Assembly (NCBI GenBank): GCA_046350905.1
Contig: JAXLZN010000004.1
Span: 6,026-70,025, forward strand
DNA: 64,000 nucleotides
DNA from: Candidatus Anderseniibacteriota bacterium
GTDB taxonomy: Bacteria > Patescibacteriota > JAUYIX01
Reading direction: 5' to 3'
The translations under genes and the position numbers were made by a program. The notes beneath the pieces are model-generated. The model did no database searches, was not told where the DNA came from, and saw only the letters and a list, made by a program, of their open reading frames with translations. Each line of letters opens with the position of its first letter. Position 1 is the stretch's first letter. This document shows, piece by piece, positions 10,022 through 18,768 of the stretch.

Positions 10022-10615
10022 TTGCTGCTCGCCTCGCTCATCGGCGCGATCCAGATGCTCGCCCCCTGGCTCGCCCCGCCGCCCAGCCTCCCGCCCTGCG
10101 CGCCGCCCTTTGAGCTGCGGCTGCCCTTCCGCGAAGCCTCGGTTTGGGAGGACTACCGGGGTGACCCCGACAGCACGGTCGTGCTGACGCAGGGCTTCCA
10201 CGTCATCCTCGGCCGCTTTATCCCGGGGCCAGCTGACACCTGGTTTGTGTACGGCCTGCCCGCCAGCCCCGCGCGCGGGGCTGCTCCGTCCGGCCTTGAC
10301 TTTGTCGCCCGGCCCGGCCTGCGCGTGCGTGCCACCGCCGGCGGCCGCGTGAGCTTCGTCGGCGACCTGCCCGGCCTCGGTCGCACCGTCGTAGTCGATC
10401 ACGCGGGCGGTTTTTCCACGACCTATGCCGAGCTCGGCTCGTCGTCGGTCGACCTCGGGCAGCGCGTCTACGTTGGGGACGAACTCGGCCGCGTCGCCGG
10501 CGGCCGCGTCGTGGCGCACGTCGTGCACCTCGAGCTCCGGCAGGCCGGTGCCCTCATCAACCCGCTGCGCTACCTGAGCCTGGCCGGCGTGCTCGTTCCG
10601 CACGCCGCCAACTAG
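10022..10615 (+). CDS. M23 family metallopeptidase (LytM domain)
   Basis: 'VDHAGGFSTTYAELGSSSVDLGQRVYVGDELGRVAGGRVVAHVVHLELRQAGALINPLRYL' matches the M23 HxH and HxxxD region. The start (TTG 10022 or ATG near 10055) is uncertain. Confidence 0.7.
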   Translation: MLLASLIGAIQMLAPWLAPPPSLPPCAPPFELRLPFREASVWEDYRGDPDSTVVLTQGFHVILGRFIPGPADTWFVYGLPASPARGAAPSGLDFVARPGLRVRATAGGRVSFVGDLPGLGRTVVVDHAGGFSTTYAELGSSSVDLGQRVYVGDELGRVAGGRVVAHVVHLELRQAGALINPLRYLSLAGVLVPHAAN

Positions 10616-10645
10616 GCCCCGCCGGCGTGCTAGATTGCCCGCCTG

Positions 10646-11449
10646 ATGCTCACGCTGCGAACCGTCCTCCAGACCCTCTTTACCGCCGCCATGCTGGTCG
10701 TGACGGGGTTGACCTTTGCCTTTGTTGTGCCGCTGATCTGGCTCAAAGAGGCTCTCAGCCGGCCTAGGTCTGGTCCTCGTGCGGCCAGGGCTGCGCTCGC
10801 CGTGCTCCTGCTGGTGGGCACGCTGGTGCTCGCCGGCTGCGACGCCTCCGACGCACAGCAGATCTCAAACGCGCTGAGCCGCTCGGTGGGCCAAGCCGAG
10901 GACTTTGCTGCCTCGGCCCCGCCAGCTCCCTACCGTGCGAACGGGGACGCGGCCGCGCTCGGCCAGGCCGCCAAGGACGCCGACCTGACCCTGACCGGCC
11001 AGCAGCTTGCGCTCGTCAAGGGCGCGGCCGCGTCCTTTGGCATCCAACCTCAGCTGCTCGCCTACGTCGCTGAGCAAGAGCAGCGCCACCTCGACGAGGG
11101 CGAAGACCAGCGCGACGTGCTCGGTGCGCTCGCCGGTGAAGACACGAGCGTCGGGCTGGCGCAGATCAAGGTCTCGACGGCACGCGAAGTCGAAAAAAAT
11201 GATCAGCGCGGTCTCTTTCCGGCTCCGGCTACCACCGATGTCGCCGTGACCGAGCGGGTTCGCCGCTTGGCGGCCGACGACTGGAACCTGCTCTACGCCG
11301 TGGCCTACCTGGCCCTGCTCCACCAGCGTTTTCCGAGCGATCAACCTCTCGACTTGGCTACCCGCTACACCGGCGCCACCCCGGGTTCTTCGAGCTTGGC
11401 TCCCGACGAGGCCCTCTACGAGCAGCTTGGCGCCATCCTCGAAAAATAG
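10646..11449 (+). CDS. Putative lipoprotein with a lytic-transglycosylase (SLT)-like domain
   Basis: Signal or TM segment followed by the lipobox 'LAGC'. The 'EDTSVGLAQIKVSTAREV' segment resembles the SLT 'GLMQI..TA' motif. 'NLLYAVAYLALL' is also consistent. Confidence 0.4.
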   Translation: MLTLRTVLQTLFTAAMLVVTGLTFAFVVPLIWLKEALSRPRSGPRAARAALAVLLLVGTLVLAGCDASDAQQISNALSRSVGQAEDFAASAPPAPYRANGDAAALGQAAKDADLTLTGQQLALVKGAAASFGIQPQLLAYVAEQEQRHLDEGEDQRDVLGALAGEDTSVGLAQIKVSTAREVEKNDQRGLFPAPATTDVAVTERVRRLAADDWNLLYAVAYLALLHQRFPSDQPLDLATRYTGATPGSSSLAPDEALYEQLGAILEK

Positions 11450-11652
11450 ACAAAAACCCTCCCAAGATGTGGATAAAAAACCGTAAAAATCCCCGCCCGC
11501 CGGTTGGCCCAGGGTGGTAGTATGCCGGTTGCGATTTAGCACTTCCCGCAACCCTCGTCGGCCAGCTTTCTGAAGTCTCCCGGGGAAAAGTTTGGGACTT
11601 CGAAAGCGGTATTCGTGTCACTAAACCACCCTCTCTAATACCCACCACAGGC

Positions 11653-14088
11653 ATGACCCCCGCTCGTCCCAAGGGACCGACCCAGATCAAGAAGCGCGAT
11701 GGCCGCGTCGTAGATTTTGATACGTCGCGCATCACCCGCGCCATTTTTAAGGCGGCGGACGAGGTTGGTCTCGGTGACGAAGCCACTGCCGACCGGCTCG
11801 CCAACCGGGTCGTCTCGATTGCGCGCGACAAGTTCGGCGCTGACCGTATCCCGAACGTCGAGGAGATCCAGGACATCGTCGAGATCGTCCTGATCGACTC
11901 AGGCCAGGCCAAGATCGCCAAGGCCTACATCCTGTACCGCCAAAAGCATGCCCAGCTGCGTGAGGCCAAGAAGGCCATCCTCGGCCGCGAAGTCTCCGGC
12001 AAGGTTAAGGTCTCGGTTAATAGCCTGCGCGTGCTCAAGGAGCGCTACCTGCGCAAGGACGAGGACGGCAAGCTGATCGAGACTCCGGACGGACTCTTCT
12101 GGCGCGTGGCCAACAACATCGCCCAGGGCGACGCCCAGTACGAGCCAAGCCGTGGACGGGTAGAGGAGACCGCCCAGACCTTCTTCGACATGATGGCCAA
12201 CATGTCCTTCATGCCCAACAGCCCGACCCTCATGAACGCCGGCAACATCCTGCAGCAGCTCTCGGCCTGCTTCGTGGTACCGGTCGAGGACTCGCTCGAG
12301 GGCATCTTTGATTCGATCAAGAACGCGGCCCTGATCCACCAGTCCGGTGGGGGAACCGGCTTTGCCTTTTCGCGGCTGCGTCCGGCCAACGACCGCATCT
12401 CGTCCACCAAGGGCGTGGCCTCGGGTCCGGTCTCCTTTATGCGCGTCTTCAACGCGGCGACCGACGTGATCAAGCAGGGCGGCAAGCGCCGCGGGGCCAA
12501 CATGGGCATCCTGCGCGTCGACCACCCAGACGTGCTCGACTTCATCACGATCAAGCAGAACCTCGCCGAGATGACCAACTTCAACATCTCGGTCGCGATC
12601 ACGGAGCAGTTCATGCGCGCGGTCGAGCAGGATGCCGACTACCCGCTGGTCAACCCGCGCAGCGGCGAGATCGTGCAGTGGCTGCCGGCCAAGCAGGTCT
12701 TTGACCTGATGGTCACCTCAGCCTGGAAGCACGGCGACCCCGGCATCGTCTTCATCGACCGCATCAACCGCGACAACCCCACCCCGCAGCTCGGCGAGAT
12801 GGAATCGACCAACCCCTGCGGCGAGCAGCCCCTGCTGCCCTACGAGGCCTGCAACCTGGGTTCGATCAACCTGGCGATGTTTGTCGACGACAGCAAAAAG
12901 ATCGACTGGGTGGGCCTGCGCAAGCTGACCCACGACTGCATCCACTTCTTGGACAACGTCGTGACCATGAACCGCTACCCGCTCCCGCAGATCCACAAGA
13001 TCGCCACAGAGAACCGCCGCATCGGCCTCGGGGTGATGGGCTGGGCGGACATGCTCATCAAGATGAACATCCCGTACGACAGCGAAGAGGCCTGCCAGCT
13101 CGGTGAAAAGGTCATGCGCTTCATCAACGTCGAGGCCAAAGCCTCCTCGATCAACCTGGCCAAGGAGCGCGGCGTCTTCAAGAACTGGAAGGGCAGCCGC
13201 TACGACGTGCCGGGTGGGCCGCGCGTTCGCAACTGCACCGTCACGACCATCGCGCCGACCGGCACCATCTCGATGATCGCGGACTGCAGCTCCGGCATCG
13301 AACCGATCTTTGCCGTCGTCTTTATCAAGAACGTGATGGACGGCCAGGAGCTGCTCTACGTCAACCCGTACTTTGAGCAGATCGCCAAGGAGCGCGGCTT
13401 TTACAGCGAGGCGCTCATGCGCAAGGTGGCTGAGGAGGGGAGCATCCAGCACATCGAGGAGATCCCCAAAGACGTGCGCCGGCTCTTTGTCACGGCGCAG
13501 GACATCTCGCCGACCTGGCACCTGCAGCAGCAGGCCGCCTTTCAGCGCCACTGCGACAACGCGGTGAGCAAGACAATCAACTTTGCCAACGAGGCGACCG
13601 TCGAGGACGTGCGCGAGACCTACATGCTGGCCTACAAGCTCGGCCTCAAGGGCGTGACGATGTTCCGCGACGGCAGCCGCGACCAGCAGGTGCTCCAGAC
13701 CAAGAAGACTAAGTCGCTCATGGGCGGCAAGGCCCAGACCACGGCCATCTCGAGCGATGCGATCAAGCAGAGCATCCTGGCGCACGCCGCGCAGCCCCGT
13801 AAGGTTGCGGCCCCGGCCCAGCTCGAGATGCAGATGTCGGTCGACACCGGCCTGCTGCGCGACTGGATGGAGTACAAGCGCGAGAGCTTTGCCATGACCA
13901 ACGCCGGCTCCGGCCCGGGGGCTGCGACCGTCGCCGAGCTCAAGCAGAAGGTGGCGACCACGACCGTCGGCGTCGCGACCCACGGTGCCACCGAGTCCAC
14001 CGTCTGCCCCGAGTGCAAGGGCACGCTCACGATCCAAGAGGGCTGCGGCGTCTGCAACTCCTGCGGCTTCTCGTACTGCCACAACTAG
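11653..14088 (+). CDS. nrdJ: Class II (adenosylcobalamin-dependent) ribonucleoside-triphosphate or -diphosphate reductase with an N-terminal ATP-cone and a C-terminal zinc ribbon
   Basis: ATP-cone 'IKKRDGRVVDFDTSRITRAIFKA'. NrdJ core 'NSPTLMNAGN...ACFVVPVEDSLEGIF...GGGTGFAFSRLRP...GPVSFMRVFN...GGKRRGANMG'. C-terminus 'CPECKGTLTIQEGCGVCNSCGFSYC'. Intact 811 aa. Confidence 0.95.
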   Translation: MTPARPKGPTQIKKRDGRVVDFDTSRITRAIFKAADEVGLGDEATADRLANRVVSIARDKFGADRIPNVEEIQDIVEIVLIDSGQAKIAKAYILYRQKHAQLREAKKAILGREVSGKVKVSVNSLRVLKERYLRKDEDGKLIETPDGLFWRVANNIAQGDAQYEPSRGRVEETAQTFFDMMANMSFMPNSPTLMNAGNILQQLSACFVVPVEDSLEGIFDSIKNAALIHQSGGGTGFAFSRLRPANDRISSTKGVASGPVSFMRVFNAATDVIKQGGKRRGANMGILRVDHPDVLDFITIKQNLAEMTNFNISVAITEQFMRAVEQDADYPLVNPRSGEIVQWLPAKQVFDLMVTSAWKHGDPGIVFIDRINRDNPTPQLGEMESTNPCGEQPLLPYEACNLGSINLAMFVDDSKKIDWVGLRKLTHDCIHFLDNVVTMNRYPLPQIHKIATENRRIGLGVMGWADMLIKMNIPYDSEEACQLGEKVMRFINVEAKASSINLAKERGVFKNWKGSRYDVPGGPRVRNCTVTTIAPTGTISMIADCSSGIEPIFAVVFIKNVMDGQELLYVNPYFEQIAKERGFYSEALMRKVAEEGSIQHIEEIPKDVRRLFVTAQDISPTWHLQQQAAFQRHCDNAVSKTINFANEATVEDVRETYMLAYKLGLKGVTMFRDGSRDQQVLQTKKTKSLMGGKAQTTAISSDAIKQSILAHAAQPRKVAAPAQLEMQMSVDTGLLRDWMEYKRESFAMTNAGSGPGAATVAELKQKVATTTVGVATHGATESTVCPECKGTLTIQEGCGVCNSCGFSYCHN

Positions 14089-14121
14089 GTTCTTTCCAGT
14101 GCGAACGGCGCTGACGCGCCA

Positions 14122-14155
14122 CGACGAGCCCGCCTCGGGGGAAGCGGGCTCGTCG
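14122..14155 (+). terminator. Perfect 12-bp GC-rich stem-loop (cgacgagcccgc/gcgggctcgtcg) 34 nt after the nrdJ stop. It has no U-tract, so it is a GC-type terminator candidate.
   Basis: The inverted repeat is read directly. Confidence 0.45.
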
Positions 14156-14195
14156 GCTACCGCGGTACGAACAGGCCAGCTAGAATGCTCGGGCA

Positions 14196-16222
14196 GTGCC
14201 TGACGCACCTCCCAACGAAATCCCGCGTGACGGCCAGGACGGTCGTGAGAGCGACGGTGAGCGCACCCCGGAGCTACCCGAAGCGCGCGTGCTGCCGTTC
14301 CCCGAGCGGGCCCCGGCGCGGAGCGCGCCAGCGCCCAAGCGTCAGCAGGACTTTCCAGTGTTTGTTCGCGGCGCACGGCGGGGCTCACGCTCGAGCAGGT
14401 CAAGGGCAGCGACTACCGTATCAACGGGCTGACGCGCCTGCCGGAGGTTAAGCAGGGCGAGACCTGGGTTGCCGTGCGCAACGCCCTCCCCAAGGGCTTT
14501 CAGGAGCTCTTTGTGGTGCGCTGGGCCAAGGCAGACGAGGCGAACCGCGCCGCTATCGAGCAAGAGGCGCAGGACACCTGGGCCTACCTGCTCGAGGGAC
14601 GGGACGCCTACACCAAGCTCGAACGTAGCCTGCGCGACCTGCGTACCACGCTTGAGCGGTTCACCAACCCGGCTACCGCCACACGTGCGCGCACCGAGTT
14701 CTACAAAGCCGGCAAGGCCCGCGGCGAGTTCAAGGTTCGCTCCAAGGGCGAGGCCGCGCTGCGCAGGGTCATGGACAGCTGGCGCGCGCAGGTTAGGGAG
14801 CTGGAGGAGCGGCAGGCCCAGCAGCGTCCGATCCTCGAGCTGGCCGGCCTGCTCAAGACCGCCGAGCCGCCCAGGCTCACCCCCGAGCAGGAAGCTGAGG
14901 TGTTTGCTATCGACCACGACCCGCTCGGCCTCGACTTTGAGGAGGAGCTGGGCGAACCCGACAAGCCGGTCACCCCGACTGCGGCTGAGCAGGCCGTGGC
15001 TCCCACGCGACCAGAGCCTGAGCTAGAAAAAACAATCGTGGCCCGCTACCACCGCGAGGCGGCTGCGGCGGCGAGCGCGGCTGAGTTTCAGGCTTGGATG
15101 CTCAGCGCGCTGCGCGAGGCGGGTCCCGCTACCCAGAAACGCATTGAAGCTGAGGCGGTGGCCGGTCTCAGCGAGCCGATCGTGGCGCAGCAGACGCCCG
15201 AAGCGCTCGCCGCCGCCTACGTCGTCGCCAAGACGGAGCAAGACCGGCAGGTTGCCGCGCTCGAATCCCCTGCCGCCGCTCCAGAAAAAGTTGATCTCGA
15301 CAAAACCAAAGAGTCGACGGTCGAAGAGCCGGTGGTTGGGGCGGCGTTCGCCGCGGAGGTGACGCGGGTGGCTGCCAAGGAGCAGCCCACCTCGTGGCGG
15401 CGCTTTTTGCCGCGCTTTGTGGCCGAGCGGCTGCAGCGCATCAGCCTGCGTGGCGTTGCCAAGGGTGGCGAGCTGGGAGAGGCCTGGCGTTTTCGGCGCG
15501 AGACCAACGCCGCGGCGCGAGAGTTCCTCGAGTCGGTGCAGGACCGCCTGCTCTTCGGCGAGGGCGGCACGAGCCACCTGGTCGACGGGGCCCTCACCAC
15601 GCTGCGCGAACGCCTCGGCAAGCTCACGGGCTTTTCGGGTGAGGGGATGGGGCAGCGCCTCGCCGCCAAGGAGAGCGAGCTGCGCCAGCTTCTCGAGCGC
15701 GAGCTGCGCAGCTCGACCGGCCTGCTCCACGAGCGTGAGATCGAGGCACTCGGCGAGCAGCTGCGCGACAACCTCGACCGCAACTACTGGCTGCGCTACG
15801 TGGTGGGCGGGGTGGAGCTTGCCGTGGCGGCTGGCGCCGGTGCGGCCGGCGGAGCACTCGCCCTCAAGGGCTTTGCCTTCTCGCGGGCCAAACGCGAGCT
15901 GCGCGGCGCGACCACCCGCGCGGTCGTACGCAGGGTGACGGGGTTCCGCGGGGTGGCCGCGCCGCGCCCCGACATTGCTCCGGGTTCGCTCGACGAGGTC
16001 GCGGCGCACGGCAGCATCGACCTCATGGTTCGCCGCACTGCAGCGCGCATGGGCAAGCACCTCACCCGCGGTCAGCTCAACCAGATCGATCGCCTCGTAG
16101 CGCGCAGCAACGACATCAGCGTCAAGGCCTGGGGCATCCCCGGCCGGATCAAGGACACGGCCATGCCGGACGGCATGCTCCTGCGCGGCGTCCACGCAGC
16201 GATCAAGCAGATCGTGGGCTAA
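14196..16222 (+). CDS. Large hypothetical protein of about 675 aa, alpha-helical and charged, with one Gly/Ala-rich hydrophobic segment. One frameshift near 14370 joins ORF 14196..14432 to 14474..16222.
   Basis: The frame-3 N-terminus 'MPDAPPNEIPRDGQ...QQDFPVFVRGARRG' continues in frame 2 as 'TAGLTLEQVKGSDYRINGLTRLPEVKQGETWVAVRNALPKG...', which is the open frame upstream of the track GTG start 14474. I recognise no domains. Confidence 0.5.
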
Positions 16223-16231
16223 GGTACTGAC

Positions 16232-16594
16232 ATGGCTACATTCACCACGTCCGCCACCTTGTCCGAACCCCTCGCCGCCCGCGCCCGACGCCTCGGCAAG
16301 CTGCTGGCGGCTTCGCAGCTGCCGTCCGCAACGGTCGAGGGGATCACGGCGGTTGTGCCCAACCTCAACCTACGCCAGGTGGATCTGCTCATCGGTGCGC
16401 TCAGCCGCGAGCAGCAAGAGTGGGACAAGGTCGAAGAAGTGCTCTTTGCTGCCCAGCGCGACGTGGAGGACCGGCTGCAGACCACAGCCGCTGCCCAGCA
16501 CGCTCGTGTGGCGGAACTGGTCGAGCGCGTCGCCGACGCCGCCGAGCACGAGGAGGTTGAGCGCATCCGCGGCGAACTCGCCAACGGTGCCTAA
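16232..16594 (+). CDS. Small hypothetical protein (120 aa), 10 nt downstream of the large hypothetical protein
   Basis: Track ORF, helical and acidic, with no motifs. Confidence 0.4.
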   Translation: MATFTTSATLSEPLAARARRLGKLLAASQLPSATVEGITAVVPNLNLRQVDLLIGALSREQQEWDKVEEVLFAAQRDVEDRLQTTAAAQHARVAELVERVADAAEHEEVERIRGELANGA

Positions 16595-17000
16595 GCCGTC
16601 CCGCGCCTATGCACACCCAGCGCTACGCTGGGGGCTGGTGCTGCTGTGGGCCGGCCTGATTTGGGGACTGTCGAGCATCCCCGACCTCAGCAGCGGCCTG
16701 CCGCAGGACTTTCTGCTGCGCAAGCTCGCGCACGGCGTGGCCTTTGGCGTGCTAGCCCTGCTGGCCCGCTGGGCCCTGCCGCCGCTCCGTAACCGCAACC
16801 ATTGGTTTGCCCGTGATGGCTATGCGGGGTTTATCGCGGTGGCCTACGCCGTCGTCGATGAAATCCACCAGAGCTACGTGCCGGGACGGCACGGGGCAGC
16901 CACCGACGTCCTGATCGACGGCGGGGGAGTTGTGCTGGCGCTGCTGCTCGCCTTGGCCTGGCGCCGCCTGCAAACCCACCGGTCCGCCGCCGCACGCTAG
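16587..17000 (+). CDS. VanZ-like family membrane protein. Probable GTG start at 16587, overlapping the upstream stop.
   Basis: '...VVDEIHQSYVPGRHGAATDVLIDGGGVVLA' matches the VanZ-like DEihQ...pgR...DvliD motif and there are 3-4 TM helices. Track ORF 16353..17000 has an N-terminal half that overlaps the previous gene and looks like junk. Confidence 0.55.
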   Translation: MPKPSRAYAHPALRWGLVLLWAGLIWGLSSIPDLSSGLPQDFLLRKLAHGVAFGVLALLARWALPPLRNRNHWFARDGYAGFIAVAYAVVDEIHQSYVPGRHGAATDVLIDGGGVVLALLLALAWRRLQTHRSAAAR

Positions 17001-17225
17001 CTACTGGCTGCGGCCGCTGTAGGTCGAGATGTAGGTGACGACGAGCGCGATGCCCACGATCACGAGCAGCGCCGGCCAGCTCGCCCGGAAGGGCGGCAAG
17101 ATCGCGAGCCGTTCGAGGAAGAAGTAGATGCCGACAAAAATCAGGAGCAGGCCAGCGATGAGCGGACCACGGTTGGGCGTGCCCTCGTCCGCGGGTCGTA
17201 CCAGCTTTTGACCTTGGTTCGCCAC
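17001..17225 (-). CDS. Small two-TM membrane protein (74 aa) immediately downstream of rplT
   Basis: 'LIAGLLLIFVGIYFFL' and 'ALLVIVGIALVVTYI' are hydrophobic helices. It lies 2 nt after the rplT stop, implying co-transcription. Confidence 0.45.
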   Translation of the reverse strand: MANQGQKLVRPADEGTPNRGPLIAGLLLIFVGIYFFLERLAILPPFRASWPALLVIVGIALVVTYISTYSGRSQ

Positions 17226-17227
17226 GG

Positions 17228-17599
17228 CTAGGTCTTGGCGGCGGCTGACGGCTTGGTCACGAAGGCCACCACGTCCTTGAACGCGCTGGGCACCTGGTCA
17301 GCCAAGAAGGCTAGCGTCTTGCGGTCGAGCTCAACTTTCTTGACCTTGAGCTGGTGCACGAACTCAGCGTACGTCACATCGCCGCTCTCGCGAAGGGCGG
17401 CGTTGATGCGCGCAATCCACAGGGTACGGTAATCACGTTTCTTGATCCGTCGGTTGCGCTGGGCGTGGGCCAGGGCGTGCAGACGTGCCTCGTGCGCCCG
17501 TCGGATGGTGCGGCTGCGCGGGCCGTAGTAGCCGGAGGTAGCGCGGCGGAGGCGCTTGTGACGTTTCTTGGTGGCGACAGCGCGTTTGACGCGGGGCAT
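17228..17599 (-). CDS. rplT: 50S ribosomal protein L20
   Basis: 'MPRVKRAVATKKRHKRLRRATSGYYGPRSRTIRRAHEARLHALAHAQRNRRIKKRDYRTLWIARINAALRESG'. Confidence 0.95.
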   Translation of the reverse strand: MPRVKRAVATKKRHKRLRRATSGYYGPRSRTIRRAHEARLHALAHAQRNRRIKKRDYRTLWIARINAALRESGDVTYAEFVHQLKVKKVELDRKTLAFLADQVPSAFKDVVAFVTKPSAAAKT

Positions 17600-17629
17600 G
17601 GTGCGAGAGCTTAGGGGCTAGGGTACCGG

Positions 17630-17848
17630 CTAGTAGGCGCGGTTGCGAGCGTACGGCATGAGCCGCTTGAGGCGAGGTGTAGCGGACTTGTCGACCTCGA
17701 CATCGCGCCGCTTGAGGCGCACGGTCTCGCCGTCCTCGCGCGCATTGAAGTGGTTCTGGCCCGCGCGGCCGCGGATAAACTTTTTGGCACGGCCGCCGGC
17801 AATCCGGAAGCGCTTGGCGGTGGCGCGGTGTGTCTTAAGCTTGGGCAT
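17630..17848 (-). CDS. rpmI: 50S ribosomal protein L35
   Basis: 'MPKLKTHRATAKRFRIAGGRAKKFIRGRAGQNHFNAREDGETVRLKRRDVEVDKSATPRLKRLMPYARNRAY' (72 aa). The ATG is the complement of 17846-17848 and is in frame with track ORF 17630..18007. Confidence 0.9.
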   Translation of the reverse strand: MPKLKTHRATAKRFRIAGGRAKKFIRGRAGQNHFNAREDGETVRLKRRDVEVDKSATPRLKRLMPYARNRAY

Positions 17849-18420
17849 GGGTGGATGGTTTCTTAGCTTTACCGGCGCCGAGCATGACGGTGAGTCGGTT
17901 GCCAACCTTGGTGGGGTCGGACTCGCGGACGATCGGGACCTCGAGCGCGGCGATGAACTTGTCGAGCTGCTCGTAGGCTCGGCTGCGCAGCTGGAAGGCT
18001 TGCTCACGTCCCCGCATCACGAGTTCGAGCTTGATCTTGTGCCCCTCGCCGAGAAACCGACGGGTCTGGTCGACCTTGTGGGCAAAGTCGTGCTCGCTGA
18101 TGCGCATCCCGATCCGCACGCCCTTGATCTCAACCCGCTTGGCGTGCTCTCTGCTGCGCGGCTGCTCGCTGCTGCATGCACGCCCCGTAGTCCATGATGC
18201 GCACGACCGGTGGCTTGGCGTTGGGGGCGACCTCCACGAGCTCGAGCCCTTCTCGCGGGCCTGCTGGAGGGCTTGAGCGGTCGGCATGACGCCGAGCGCC
18301 GTGCCGTTGGCATCGATGACGCAACCCGCGGCACCCGGATCTGGTCGTCGACGCGCTGCTGCGGAGTTGGAAATGGGTCTGGTCCTGGTGGTGTGTTCGG
18401 CTACCAGGCCCGCGGGCGCT
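17835..18420 (-). CDS. infC: Translation initiation factor IF-3, disrupted by three 1-nt frameshifts. The N-terminal boundary and start codon are unresolved.
   Basis: Its pieces sit in three frames. '..QQRVDDQIRVPRV' is in one frame, then 'VIDANGTALGVMPTAQALQQAREKG' in a second, then 'LELVEVAPNAKPPVVRIMDYG' in a third, then it returns to 'EHAKRVEIKGVRIGMRISEHDFAHKVDQTRRFLGEGHKIKLELVMRGREQAFQ...VMLGAGK'. Each junction is a single-base indel in a homopolymer or short-repeat context. Confidence 0.8.
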
Positions 18421-18500
18421 ACCACGGGGTCCCTGGATATATGTAAAGGCCGCTGCATTGATAGAAAAGGCCGGCGAACGTCGCTCCGGCCGGAGAAAAA

Positions 18501-18590
18501 TAGCGCTGGCAGGGCTCGAACCTGCGACCTCGGTGCTCAACCGCGAAGAAAGTCCATGAGGAACAGCTGAGCTCGCCCGCGCCGGCCAGC
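18501..18590 (-). ncRNA. tRNA-like 3' fragment or pseudo-tRNA. It has a perfect T-arm (GCAGG-TTCGAGC-CCTGC), a 'GAGGTC' variable loop, a 3' acceptor strand CAGCGCT and discriminator A, but no matching 5' acceptor strand and no cleanly folding anticodon arm.
   Basis: The minus-strand reading is '...CGCGGTTGAGCACCGAGGTCGCAGGTTCGAGCCCTGCCAGCGCTA'. Upstream (higher coordinates) there is a D-arm-like 'GCTCAGCTG', but no segment complementary to CAGCGCT. It lies 43 nt upstream of infC and is followed by T5 and a CTCCGGCCGGAG palindrome. Confidence 0.3.
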
Positions 18591-18768
18591 CTGACGCGGC
18601 AACACCAGGGAACGAACCGAAAAGCAAAAGCCTGCTGAGGCTACCGCCTTGCTGCGGCGCGTCAACCGCGTGCTGCTGGATGGTGGTGAGCAGGACCTGC
18701 GCCAACTTGCCGGGTCGTGGCGCACGTACCCGCGCGAACGCAGCACGTCCACCAGTACCACCCGCGGA

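Noticed and set aside
12718-14403. 561-aa ORF on the minus strand opposite nrdJ
   Set aside because: It lies entirely antisense to a well-supported gene. Its Arg/Ala/Gly-rich composition is typical of GC-rich antisense frames, and it has no motifs.
15023-16195. 390-aa minus-strand ORF opposite the large hypothetical gene
   Set aside because: Antisense GC-artefact composition (R/A/G/L-rich). The sense-strand ORF has better coding character and translational coupling to its neighbours.
17835-18458. Programmed frameshifting or unusual recoding in infC
   Set aside because: infC is known for non-AUG initiation, not frameshifting. Here there are three separate shifts at homopolymer-type sites, and neighbouring genes are also broken. 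Indel error is the parsimonious explanation.
18501-18590. Calling the tRNA-like element a functional tRNA-Leu(GAG)
   Set aside because: A GAG anticodon loop (TTGAGCA) can be drawn, but Leu tRNAs need a long variable arm, and no 5' acceptor strand complementary to CAGCGCT exists. I reported it only as a tRNA-like fragment.
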